Virus record (IMG/VR): IMGVR_UViG_3300033074_001783
Span: 1 to 64,000 of that record
Direction: 5' to 3' (one strand)
From: a virus
Taxonomy: Duplodnaviria; Caudoviricetes
DNA: 64,000 nucleotides
The translations under genes and the position numbers were made by a program. Within the stretch, counting starts at the first letter, position 1. Every line of letters starts with the position of its first letter. Shown here in pieces: positions 16,426 through 25,123 of this stretch. The notes below the pieces were generated by a model. That model was given only the letters and a program-made list of their open reading frames with translations. It was not told the origin of the DNA and made no database searches.

Positions 16426-16722
16426 ATGACCAACAATGAAGAACTTACAAAAGTAAAAATAAAACTGTATTTTGCAAGAGGAATGACGATTAGCACAATT
16501 GCCAATCGTTTAAATAGACCGCGCTCCTATGTTGTGAATGTTTTGGGCATCACTTCTATAAGCAACAGGGCAGGTTTTGCTTTTTCTGATATACCCGCAA
16601 GCGACAAACCAAACAAAGCGAATGAACTGTGTGAACTTGGATATACCAGAAGTGAAACTGCACGTATGTTAGGAGTAACGGACAATGTAGTTTCAAAATG
16701 GATAACGGACAAAAGATTCTAA
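16426..16722 (+). CDS. Tandem HTH DNA-binding protein
   Basis: Two HTH signatures: GMTISTIANRLNRPRSYV and GYTRSETARMLGVTDNVVSKW. Confidence 0.75.
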   Translation: MTNNEELTKVKIKLYFARGMTISTIANRLNRPRSYVVNVLGITSISNRAGFAFSDIPASDKPNKANELCELGYTRSETARMLGVTDNVVSKWITDKRF

Positions 16723-16879
16723 TCGCTGTTTCTGTTGTTTTAATGTTTTTGGGTGCTTTTCTTTTCAAGAAAGACATTGACAAAACCCTTGATGGACAAA
16801 GCAAAAAACTGCCAATTACAGGCCCTTGCCTGTACGCTTTTGGTTTTGCTTTATTTGTCACCGTAACACTAAGGTAAAA

Positions 16880-17584
16880 ATGAAAATAAAGTTATATTGG
16901 GATATGGACGGTGTATTGGCAGATTGGGATGAAAGGTGTCACTATTACTTGGGGAATAACCCAGAATTTTTGCGTCTTGACGCCAAAGAGTGTTTGGCCA
17001 TTGACGAACTCTTGGAGCATCACGAGCAAGACAAAAAACTGTTTGACGGAATGCCTTGGATTGGTCTTGTAGACCGACTAGAATATCCAATGCATCTTTG
17101 TGATTTTATGGACACTTATTGTGCTCCATCAAAATACAATCTTGCCTATAGAGAAGCAAGGCAACGCTTCAGATCTTTCAAAGAAGCATGTTTGCCTCAT
17201 TATTTCTTCAAAGAACTGAGACCTTATGAAGATGCAATTGAGCTTCTTTCGTTCGGTCAAACGATTGACCCTGTTCCGACAATTCTAACTGCTCCAATGG
17301 GCAAAGATGCGAACGACCTTGAACTGAGATGCAGACAGCAAAAGTTTCAATGGATGTCTCATCATTTCGCAGATCAGTTTGCATTCAACTTCATTTGCAC
17401 AGAAGACAAAAACGCTTATGCCTTCAAAGAAGAAGGTGTAGTAAAAGTGTTAATTGATGACAGGTTCAAGAACCTGAAACACTGGATGAACGACGGCGGC
17501 ATTCCTGTTCTACACAAAGAAACTTCTGCCACCAAAGATCAACTATACGAGATTTACCTCAAGTACAAGGATAACGTCAGATGA
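16880..17584 (+). CDS. HAD-family 5'(3')-deoxyribonucleotidase-like protein
   Basis: DMDGVLAD, ILTAP, LIDD. Confidence 0.8.
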   Translation: MKIKLYWDMDGVLADWDERCHYYLGNNPEFLRLDAKECLAIDELLEHHEQDKKLFDGMPWIGLVDRLEYPMHLCDFMDTYCAPSKYNLAYREARQRFRSFKEACLPHYFFKELRPYEDAIELLSFGQTIDPVPTILTAPMGKDANDLELRCRQQKFQWMSHHFADQFAFNFICTEDKNAYAFKEEGVVKVLIDDRFKNLKHWMNDGGIPVLHKETSATKDQLYEIYLKYKDNVR

Positions 17585-17787
17585 GATACAATAACAAACT
17601 TTCAAAATTTTTGCTTTCTGCCACTTTGTTTCTTTGGAATGCATTTTTTTATTTCGCACCAATGTTTTGCTTTGCAATGTGTGTATACGCAACCAGACAA
17701 AACAACTGGTTTGCTTTGGTGGCTTGGTTAATCATTATGATTCATATGACAGACAACTGGATGAAACGTTGGGGGCAAGACACATGA
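17581..17787 (+). CDS. Small membrane protein
   Basis: Two hydrophobic segments. Confidence 0.55.
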   Translation: MRYNNKLSKFLLSATLFLWNAFFYFAPMFCFAMCVYATRQNNWFALVAWLIIMIHMTDNWMKRWGQDT

Positions 17788-18524
17788 GACGTATATTTGT
17801 TGACGTTGACACTCAAAATGATTTTTGTTCTGAAGACGGATCTTTGAGTGTCCCTATGGACCCAATGGTTTTAACCAGAATCAAAAAACTCGTTGGTTAT
17901 GCGGTTGAGGAGAGAACCCTTATTTTTGGTTCTGTTGACACCCACACGTACGACGCTTGGGAGTTCAACACAAACACCAACAAAGGACCAAATGGCGAAA
18001 ATCCAAGGTTTCCTCCACACTGCGAGAAGGGTACTTGGGGTTGGCTGAAAATAGCCGACACTCTTCCGCCAAAGTCTGTGTTTGTGCCAAATGTAGAAGT
18101 TAAACTTAATGACTACTACCGTTTTGACATGCAGGCGGTTTACTTTGAAAAAGAAGTTTATTCCATGTTTGCCAACCCAAATGCTTATGGAGTATTGGAA
18201 ATGTTGGTAGCGGCACCCTATCGTTTTGACACAGGCAGGACAGAACAGATTGAATTCATAGTTTTTGGTGTTGCAACAGATTACTGTGTTAAAGCTTGCG
18301 CCCTTGAACTGGTTGATTGGTGCAAATCACTCGTTTCATCCACAGCTTGTTCAGGTGCCACTGTAAAAGTGGTGTCAGATGCTATCGCGGGCGTGAAGAA
18401 GGAAACCACGGAACAGGCTTTGCAAGAGATGGAAGTAGCCGGTGTGAAGTTTATCAAAGCCTCAGAATTTATTGGTCCTGACATCAAGCCCAGACGTAAA
18501 TCTTCCACTCTCATCTCTCTGTAA
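17784..18524 (+). CDS. pncA: Nicotinamidase (isochorismatase family)
   Basis: VDTQNDF, DTH, FPPHC, GVATDYCV. Confidence 0.88.
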   Translation: MRRIFVDVDTQNDFCSEDGSLSVPMDPMVLTRIKKLVGYAVEERTLIFGSVDTHTYDAWEFNTNTNKGPNGENPRFPPHCEKGTWGWLKIADTLPPKSVFVPNVEVKLNDYYRFDMQAVYFEKEVYSMFANPNAYGVLEMLVAAPYRFDTGRTEQIEFIVFGVATDYCVKACALELVDWCKSLVSSTACSGATVKVVSDAIAGVKKETTEQALQEMEVAGVKFIKASEFIGPDIKPRRKSSTLISL

Positions 18525-18556
18525 TGTATAACCGAATGACAAGGAGTCACAAACAA

Positions 18557-18967
18557 ATGACAAACACAATTACAAACACAGTCCCAAACACCAAATTCCT
18601 CTATCTTCAAGACCCAAAGAACTCGGGCCGGGTAATTACCGTTGCCCGACACGTTGCACCCACTTCGCGAGTTGTTTCATTTGCGTTCGCGATCTGCCAA
18701 CCATCATGCGACAGCACTGGTATGCCTATTCGTATGGGTGACAGGTTCACGAAGAAGCTTGGACGCGAGATTTCCGAGGGTCGTCTTGCAAACCTACTTT
18801 TTGCAAACCATGCAGGAAACTTTGCTGGCACTGCCAAGCTTGATACGGACCGGCCAATCCGAGCCATCCTGAATGTTCTTGCAAGAGATCCAAGAGTGAT
18901 TGTTAGCCGGTGCGCTCAAGCCGCGCTTGATGCCCATATCGGAGACGACGCCACGACAGCAGCCTGA
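18557..18967 (+). CDS. Hypothetical phage protein
   Basis: ORF with AAGGAG RBS. Confidence 0.7.
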   Translation: MTNTITNTVPNTKFLYLQDPKNSGRVITVARHVAPTSRVVSFAFAICQPSCDSTGMPIRMGDRFTKKLGREISEGRLANLLFANHAGNFAGTAKLDTDRPIRAILNVLARDPRVIVSRCAQAALDAHIGDDATTAA

Positions 18968-18979
18968 CCAATCTGAAAT

Positions 18980-19055
18980 TGGCGTAAATATATCACGGGA
19001 TATGGTGTTGGGCAATCCAACATTTGTCAAGGTTCAAATCCTTGTACGCCAACCA
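18980..19055 (+). ncRNA. tRNA-like RNA with non-canonical D and anticodon arms
   Basis: TGGCGTA/TACGCCA + ACCA; T arm CAAGG-TTCAAAT-CCTTG; ATATC-ACGG-GATAT; TGTTGG-GCAAT-CCAACA (no U33). Confidence 0.7.
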
Positions 19056-19307
19056 AGCTATTTAGTTGGTAATGTCAACAACCAACTACACAATCATTCG
19101 TAAATTAGCTGGTAAAATAACTGGCATTTACAAATTCCAATCTTTAGCGTATGCTCTATTGGCTTTGGGTGGTGTACTCAAAGACATAAAGGGACTGGCT
19201 GATGAAGTAAAGATCTTTGGTCCTTACTTGTTCATCACCCTGAAAAAAATCAAAACAAACCTTGAGCAATCAGGATTTGTTTGGGTTGAAAAAGGATATT
19301 CATTAAA

Positions 19308-19628
19308 ATGAAAAAGAAATATAGATCCACAGAAACAATAGAAGAAGTTTTCAAAGAACGTGTTGAAGCAATATTTGGAATAATTGAGAATTACACAGAA
19401 AACCAAACAAACAACACGTTATCGTTTGATATCAACACAACAAACAAACACACTGATGTTTCGTTTGAAGAACTGGCGAAATTGTCTGATCTTATTGGAA
19501 CACGAAAAATCAATCTCAATGCCGAATATCAAGCGTCTAGCGGTTGTGAAACTTGTGGATATGGTGCGAAAAATCTGCAACCTGTAACTTGTTCACAAGT
19601 AAATTTTCATGAGGCTGTTTCCAAATGA
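19308..19628 (+). CDS. Hypothetical protein
   Basis: ORF with GCETCGYG motif. Confidence 0.65.
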   Translation: MKKKYRSTETIEEVFKERVEAIFGIIENYTENQTNNTLSFDINTTNKHTDVSFEELAKLSDLIGTRKINLNAEYQASSGCETCGYGAKNLQPVTCSQVNFHEAVSK

Positions 19629-20065
19629 GTCCTTTAACAGCCTATGTTTTGGCGTTAATGATGCACCTTGCACCTCACCGTGAACCAAAGACATTACAGC
19701 CTGTAGCAGAAGCAATTGCGTCGGTGTCTCAAGTTGCCAATGATCAAAAAGGTGTATGCTCTGTACACCCAACCGTTTCATTGGTAACAGTTGCGTTTTA
19801 TGAAACGAGTTTCAACAACAACAAAAACACAATACCATTTGGTTTATCTTGTTGTGTCAAACAATGCAACACATTGACGCATTGGGCTAGCGTTGCCAAC
19901 AATATTCTCAACAAAGGAACCAGAAGATGTGGTTACCATTTTGAGAAAATTTTTGGTCACTATCATTCTGGCACTTGTGCCGCTGATCCTTACACTGTTA
20001 ATCAAACAGAAACAGTTATGGACCTGCAAAGATTTCATGGAAGATCCATACAAAATAACGGATGA
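19625..20065 (+). CDS. Possible lytic transglycosylase-like exported protein
   Basis: N-terminal hydrophobic leader; VAFYETSF (catalytic E-T/S) and YHSG resemble SLT motifs. Confidence 0.4.
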   Translation: MSPLTAYVLALMMHLAPHREPKTLQPVAEAIASVSQVANDQKGVCSVHPTVSLVTVAFYETSFNNNKNTIPFGLSCCVKQCNTLTHWASVANNILNKGTRRCGYHFEKIFGHYHSGTCAADPYTVNQTETVMDLQRFHGRSIQNNG

Positions 20066-20363
20066 AGCTGTAAAGCTTTATCTTAAAATAATGTTTGAGG
20101 AAGAAACTACTCAAAACATTATTGTAAAATTCAATAGTCACCTTGATGCAAAGTACACGGCGGAAATTTGCACCAATAGCCATCTTGACAATAAACCATC
20201 TGTTGTTGGAGCGGTGGGGTTTGGCACAACCCCAGAAGAAGCACTGTTGTGTCTGCGAGAGATTTTGCGATTTCAACTAGAAGCCAAAATCAAAGAAATG
20301 CAATTCATGCTTGACCAGTGCGAAGATCTTTTCCCTCTCACAGCAAAAAAAGAGTTAACATGA
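20037..20363 (+). CDS. Hypothetical protein (HicB-like GxTPEEA motif)
   Basis: GFGTTPEEALLCL. Confidence 0.5.
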   Translation: MEDPYKITDEAVKLYLKIMFEEETTQNIIVKFNSHLDAKYTAEICTNSHLDNKPSVVGAVGFGTTPEEALLCLREILRFQLEAKIKEMQFMLDQCEDLFPLTAKKELT

Positions 20364-20644
20364 AAAGCCAAGAACAATATAGATCAATGGTAAAAACTGG
20401 AAATTCATCATTGGTGGATGCCACATAGTCATTTGGAGCCCAACAGGCATAAAATTCTAACAAATCATTCAGAAGTTACCGGCAGAGATTGGAACACCCT
20501 TGAAATAGGTCAGTGGAAGAAAACAAACGACGGAATGGTTTGTCCCGGTCATGTTAGAGGTTGGATACTTAAAAACCATCCCGAATTGTGTTAGGGTAGG
20601 ATCATTAAACGTATGATTCACATCAATCGGAGTAACACACAATC

Positions 20645-20884
20645 ATGATTCCATTTTTTCTTGCGCATTGGGTTGCGTTCGCAATTGCCTCTTTCATCAC
20701 AAGCGTTCTGTCTGTGATTAGTTTCTTTGGTGTTTTTGGTGCAGTTAGTGCTGATTCTCCAAAAACTTTCTTTGGTTCCATTGGTGGCTGGCTTTTCTTC
20801 GCACTTGTTAGTTCGCTGCTTGGACTGTTTGCGTGCGTTGGTTTGTTTGTTGATGTTTTGAACTTTGTAACAAGGATGCAATGA
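20645..20884 (+). CDS. Membrane protein
   Basis: Two long hydrophobic segments. Confidence 0.6.
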   Translation: MIPFFLAHWVAFAIASFITSVLSVISFFGVFGAVSADSPKTFFGSIGGWLFFALVSSLLGLFACVGLFVDVLNFVTRMQ

Positions 20885-20990
20885 GAAACATTTTAATGAT
20901 TCTTGCGTTTGTTGTAGCTGGTGTTTCTGGATATGTGTTTCATTCAGAACAACCAAACACAACTACAATTTCTCAAAGGGAGCATTTCAA

Positions 20991-21455
20991 ATGAGTTATT
21001 ATCATTCAGACAGAGATGACATCGTTTCAAAGTTGGTTACAATTGTCATAGTCCTGCTGATCGTTCTGGGGCTTGGTGCAATCGGTATGTGTGTGAAATG
21101 CGCAGATACCGCGTCTGAACCAGTTAAACAAGCTGCACAAATTGTGGAGCGAACAATAAACGCAGACAACGTGATTTACAACTACGAGTGGTTCCACCAG
21201 CAATACCAAAATGCCCAAAACTATCAACGGCAAATTGATCAGAAAGAACAGCGCGTAACAGAAATGCAACGTTCCCTTCCGCAAGATCGTACTCAGTGGA
21301 CCAGAGAAGATCGGGCGGAACTGTTTCAGCTTCAAACAGAACTCAGTGGTCTCAGGGCCATGCGTTCAACTGTGGTCTCAGATTACAACGCCCATGCAAG
21401 CATGGCAAATCGCAGCATTTTCCTCGGCGGCTCTCTTCCACCTTCACTACAATAG
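20991..21455 (+). CDS. Membrane-anchored coiled-coil protein
   Basis: N-terminal TM followed by a Q/E-rich coiled coil. Confidence 0.75.
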   Translation: MSYYHSDRDDIVSKLVTIVIVLLIVLGLGAIGMCVKCADTASEPVKQAAQIVERTINADNVIYNYEWFHQQYQNAQNYQRQIDQKEQRVTEMQRSLPQDRTQWTREDRAELFQLQTELSGLRAMRSTVVSDYNAHASMANRSIFLGGSLPPSLQ

Positions 21456-21494
21456 TTCCAAACCCCATTTCAAAACAGGTACAATAACATCATC

Positions 21495-22091
21495 ATGAGA
21501 ACATCAATCTACATTTCTACCATTCTTGCCGGTGCTCTGTTTTTTGGAGCGTGCGAACCAGACGACACTCACCAACCAAATACAGGTGCTGCAACCGTTA
21601 CTGAAATGGAGCAAACAGAAGCGAACCAACAAAGACTTGTTCGCCAAGTTCCTCCTCCTCACCTTTCTGACTCACAAGAGAGAAGGAATCTTGTGCGCCG
21701 TCTTGAAGCGCTAAATGATCCCAACCGTCTTTCTTGGGTTTATCTTCTTGCTTCAACCGGACAGCCAATCTTCTACGGTCCTGTGCGTGGTAAAGTGAGT
21801 TCTCTCAATTCAATGCTGACAACACCAGATCAGGTGATTACAACCGATTGTCCCGGTTGTGGTGGGCAATACACCCGCACACAACAACACGTTGTAGCAA
21901 GTCCTGACTTTGATGGCTCTTACGGAGATAACCCCCAAGGTATTTTCTGGTTTGATCCAAGCGGCGGATATCATGAGTGGAATGGACTTTATGCTCTGAG
22001 CGACCAACCATTCCGTCTGTCACAACCTCCTATTCTCATTGCGAACGACAGTCCTATAACTCCAACGCCTAGCAATACGGCTGTACGATGA
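21495..22091 (+). CDS. Lipoprotein
   Basis: Signal peptide ending FFGAC. Confidence 0.75.
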   Translation: MRTSIYISTILAGALFFGACEPDDTHQPNTGAATVTEMEQTEANQQRLVRQVPPPHLSDSQERRNLVRRLEALNDPNRLSWVYLLASTGQPIFYGPVRGKVSSLNSMLTTPDQVITTDCPGCGGQYTRTQQHVVASPDFDGSYGDNPQGIFWFDPSGGYHEWNGLYALSDQPFRLSQPPILIANDSPITPTPSNTAVR

Positions 22092-22426
22092 AAACCGTTA
22101 TTGTTTTGATCGTGGCAATCTTCGTCTCTTTGGTCACGGGCGCTTCTTACAATGGCTGCGTGAATGCAAGCAACCGCGAAGGCGCTTACACAATCCGGGT
22201 TCAGGCAAAAGCACAACAATGGGCAAGTCAAAACTCTGTGTTTGCTGTAAACAACCTTTCAATTGTTTGTACTCCAAGAGATTTTGGAAATCGTTGGCCG
22301 AGTGATTACCATCGCTGTTCTGCAATAAGCAACATTCAGATTCCGGGTAGAGGAATTGTTCCGTTGCATCTACTTTGCAACATTCAGGGGTGTACAATCA
22401 ACCCCATTTCCAACCAAAACTACTGA
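22088..22426 (+). CDS. Exported Cys-containing protein
   Basis: Signal peptide MKTVIVLIVAIFVSL. Confidence 0.6.
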   Translation: MKTVIVLIVAIFVSLVTGASYNGCVNASNREGAYTIRVQAKAQQWASQNSVFAVNNLSIVCTPRDFGNRWPSDYHRCSAISNIQIPGRGIVPLHLLCNIQGCTINPISNQNY

Positions 22427-22428
22427 TC

Positions 22429-22977
22429 ATGGCAATTCGCACAAATAACGAACTTGAAGAAGCACTGTTTAAAAAACTGTATCAAAACTCTCTTGAAGTA
22501 GATCCCGACGCAGATCTAAAAACAAACATTAGAAACGTTTATGGTGATTTACCACAAAGCAAAATTGAAGAGTTGGTAAAACTGTGTGAGAAGGGTTGGA
22601 GTTCTCCTCCTCCAACACCCCAAGACAGTGATCTTCCTGAAATGTTAATCAATCCAACACATTTTAGACCAAGGGCACAAGTGGCAAACTATGATCTTAA
22701 TTTGAAAAGGCTTGCGGCAGAAGAACTAGCCAGACACAAGTTGCGTGAAGTTTCTACAAAAAAACCACTTGTAACTTCTTTGGTTCCCAAAAGATATGTT
22801 GCCAAGTCATCTGAAACGAACGTTCTGTTAGAAACTGATGATTTTCTTGAAGCGGTTGCCATTGCAGCCAAGTCTTACGACGAAACAAATCACAAGATTG
22901 CGGTAGCGGTCTTTGATCAAGAGACAAAAAGTAACATTGTTTCTTTCGCCTCCATAACAACAAGATCTCAGCAATAG
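22429..22977 (+). CDS. Hypothetical protein
   Basis: ORF from ATG 22429. Confidence 0.65.
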   Translation: MAIRTNNELEEALFKKLYQNSLEVDPDADLKTNIRNVYGDLPQSKIEELVKLCEKGWSSPPPTPQDSDLPEMLINPTHFRPRAQVANYDLNLKRLAAEELARHKLREVSTKKPLVTSLVPKRYVAKSSETNVLLETDDFLEAVAIAAKSYDETNHKIAVAVFDQETKSNIVSFASITTRSQQ

Positions 22978-23013
22978 TTTCACACTCTCTCTGTTGTGTA
23001 GCAGAGTAGATTC

Positions 23014-24219
23014 ATGCAACTCCAAGTACAAGAATATCTTCGCACTCACTCCCTCAAAGATCTTGAGCGTGAACATGGAATCTATGCTGGTTTTGGTCCA
23101 ACCAAAACTGGCTACAAATTCTCGCTCAACTACGATCAGATTGAATCCAAGGATTCAGATCCATTTACGCTTGAATGTCGCGGTTTGGTCCTTGCCCGCA
23201 AAGATGGAGCCCAAATCAACCCAGAAGAGCCACTTGGTGAGACCGTCGCTCTTGCTGTTCCAATGAAGCGTTTCTTCAACTACGGGCAGAAGCCTGCTGC
23301 TCAAATTGACTGGTCAACCGCCAAGGTCATGGAAAAACTTGATGGCACTTTGGGAATTCTGTATTTTGATGATTTCGCTGATGAGTGGTGTGTGGCAACT
23401 CGTGCAGCGCCCGAAGCTGATTATTGCATTGACGGTTTTGGTGACTACACCTTCCGTCGTCTGTTTGAGCAATGCCTGAACGAAACACTTCAGCTTGCCA
23501 GCACAATGTCGGATGCTGAGTGTTTTCAGCAGTTCACCAATGAACTTTGTACGGATTACACCTACTGTTTTGAAATCACAAGTCCAGTGAATCAAGTGGT
23601 AGTTCGTTATCAAGAAAACCGACTTACTCTTCTGGCAGTTGTTGATCGCACAACCACCAAAGAGGAGCGTTTGTTTAACGGTACACTGAATGGGGTTCCA
23701 ACCGTTGTATTTCACCCTCTTGGAACCCTTGATGACGTTCTGTCGTTTGTGGCAAGTCGTTCTGCTTGTGACTACGAGGGTGTTGTGGTTATTGACAGCA
23801 ACTTCAACCGTGTGAAGGTGAAGAATCCCGGTTATCTTGCTCTTGGAAACATCAAGAGTTCTGCGGTTGCATCTCCTCGTCGGCTTCTTGAACTTGTACT
23901 TTCTGGCAAAGATGACGATGCAATTGGCCTTGTCACTCCCTTGGTACAAGAAAAGCTTGTCTCAACAAAAAAAGGTTATGCTATCCTGTGCCGCTCTGTT
24001 GATGATTGGTATGCCAAAACCATGTCAACCATTCACGGAGACGATTCACGTAAGCAACTGGCCTTGGTTTGTCAGGCAGATAAAATCATGATTGGGCCTG
24101 TCATGGCAATGTATCAAGGTAAAGCATCTTCTTTCCAAGGATGGGTTCTCAACAATCGTCAACAAGATGGAAGTTGGGCGGATTCCTTTTTGGACAATTT
24201 GCTATCGTCCATTTCATGA
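23014..24219 (+). CDS. RNA ligase, T4 Rnl1-like
   Basis: ECRGL, RFFNY, EKLDG, FEITSP, EGVVV, RVKVK; leaderless promoter. Confidence 0.85.
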   Translation: MQLQVQEYLRTHSLKDLEREHGIYAGFGPTKTGYKFSLNYDQIESKDSDPFTLECRGLVLARKDGAQINPEEPLGETVALAVPMKRFFNYGQKPAAQIDWSTAKVMEKLDGTLGILYFDDFADEWCVATRAAPEADYCIDGFGDYTFRRLFEQCLNETLQLASTMSDAECFQQFTNELCTDYTYCFEITSPVNQVVVRYQENRLTLLAVVDRTTTKEERLFNGTLNGVPTVVFHPLGTLDDVLSFVASRSACDYEGVVVIDSNFNRVKVKNPGYLALGNIKSSAVASPRRLLELVLSGKDDDAIGLVTPLVQEKLVSTKKGYAILCRSVDDWYAKTMSTIHGDDSRKQLALVCQADKIMIGPVMAMYQGKASSFQGWVLNNRQQDGSWADSFLDNLLSSIS

Positions 24220-24226
24220 TAGGATC

Positions 24227-24601
24227 ATGAACAAAACTGAATACCAGCCCATTTTATATTACAAATTCTCAGAGCGTTTAGCAGTCGCAGCAGCGAACTA
24301 TTTCAATAAACTTGATTTGGTCCTTGGCACCAAAATCTACGAATTGGATAAACTTGTACTTAAAGCACCTCTTTGGTTCAGAAAGAATTTTGAAAAAAGC
24401 TCTTACAAAACCGATGGCATACCACTTGAAGTGTTGTTGAAATTTAAATCACGCAATGACTTGGTTAAGAAGCCAATGGAAAACCATATTACAAAACATT
24501 TGCTTGATGCAGATAAAAAAGAGTTTTCTGATATTAAACCGGGATCGTTTCTTGACAAACAAGAAATAACGATTACAGTATCAAAGAAAGTTCGGAACTA
24601 G
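24227..24601 (+). CDS. Hypothetical protein
   Basis: ORF from ATG 24227. Confidence 0.6.
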   Translation: MNKTEYQPILYYKFSERLAVAAANYFNKLDLVLGTKIYELDKLVLKAPLWFRKNFEKSSYKTDGIPLEVLLKFKSRNDLVKKPMENHITKHLLDADKKEFSDIKPGSFLDKQEITITVSKKVRN

Positions 24602-24628
24602 AAAAGAAACTGAAAGAACATAAAGAAT

Positions 24629-25081
24629 CTAAAGTTGAGTTTCGTCTTTTTGGTCTTGAGAGTTGACATCTTCTGATGGTTCGCCCGGTTCCTCTTGAGT
24701 GTCCATTTGCGGGTGCTCGTTCCCATACAAATTCTTGAAAAAAGCATCAATGGTTCTGTCGTAGAACCTTTTGGCTTTTCCTGCTTCTCTCTTGTTTCTA
24801 CTCATCGCAGTAATGAAAGCCCTGACTCCATACGTGTCGCCTGATTCGGTTGGGTCAAGTTCTTGATTCCAACTAAACAACGTCTTCAGTACGTTTACCT
24901 TTTGTTTTGGTTTTTGCTTGTTGCGAACTCCCTGCAAAGCAAGTTTGGCTTGTCGTTCAAGGTCTGCGTGTAGCTCGGGGTTGTTTCGCTCAAGATCATC
25001 TTTGAACGCTTTGGCCTGTTCTTCTTTTGAAGACTCAACGAGATAATCCTCAGATTCAAATAAAAGCTCAGAGATGTTCAT
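24629..25081 (-). CDS. Putative internal virion protein
   Basis: Late-promoter motif ATACTTA; leader MNISELLFE. Confidence 0.6.
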   Translation of the reverse strand: MNISELLFESEDYLVESSKEEQAKAFKDDLERNNPELHADLERQAKLALQGVRNKQKPKQKVNVLKTLFSWNQELDPTESGDTYGVRAFITAMSRNKREAGKAKRFYDRTIDAFFKNLYGNEHPQMDTQEEPGEPSEDVNSQDQKDETQL

Positions 25082-25123
25082 GAGGGTAAGTATGGTGGAT
25101 TCAGAAAGGAAGAATCTGCGGAT

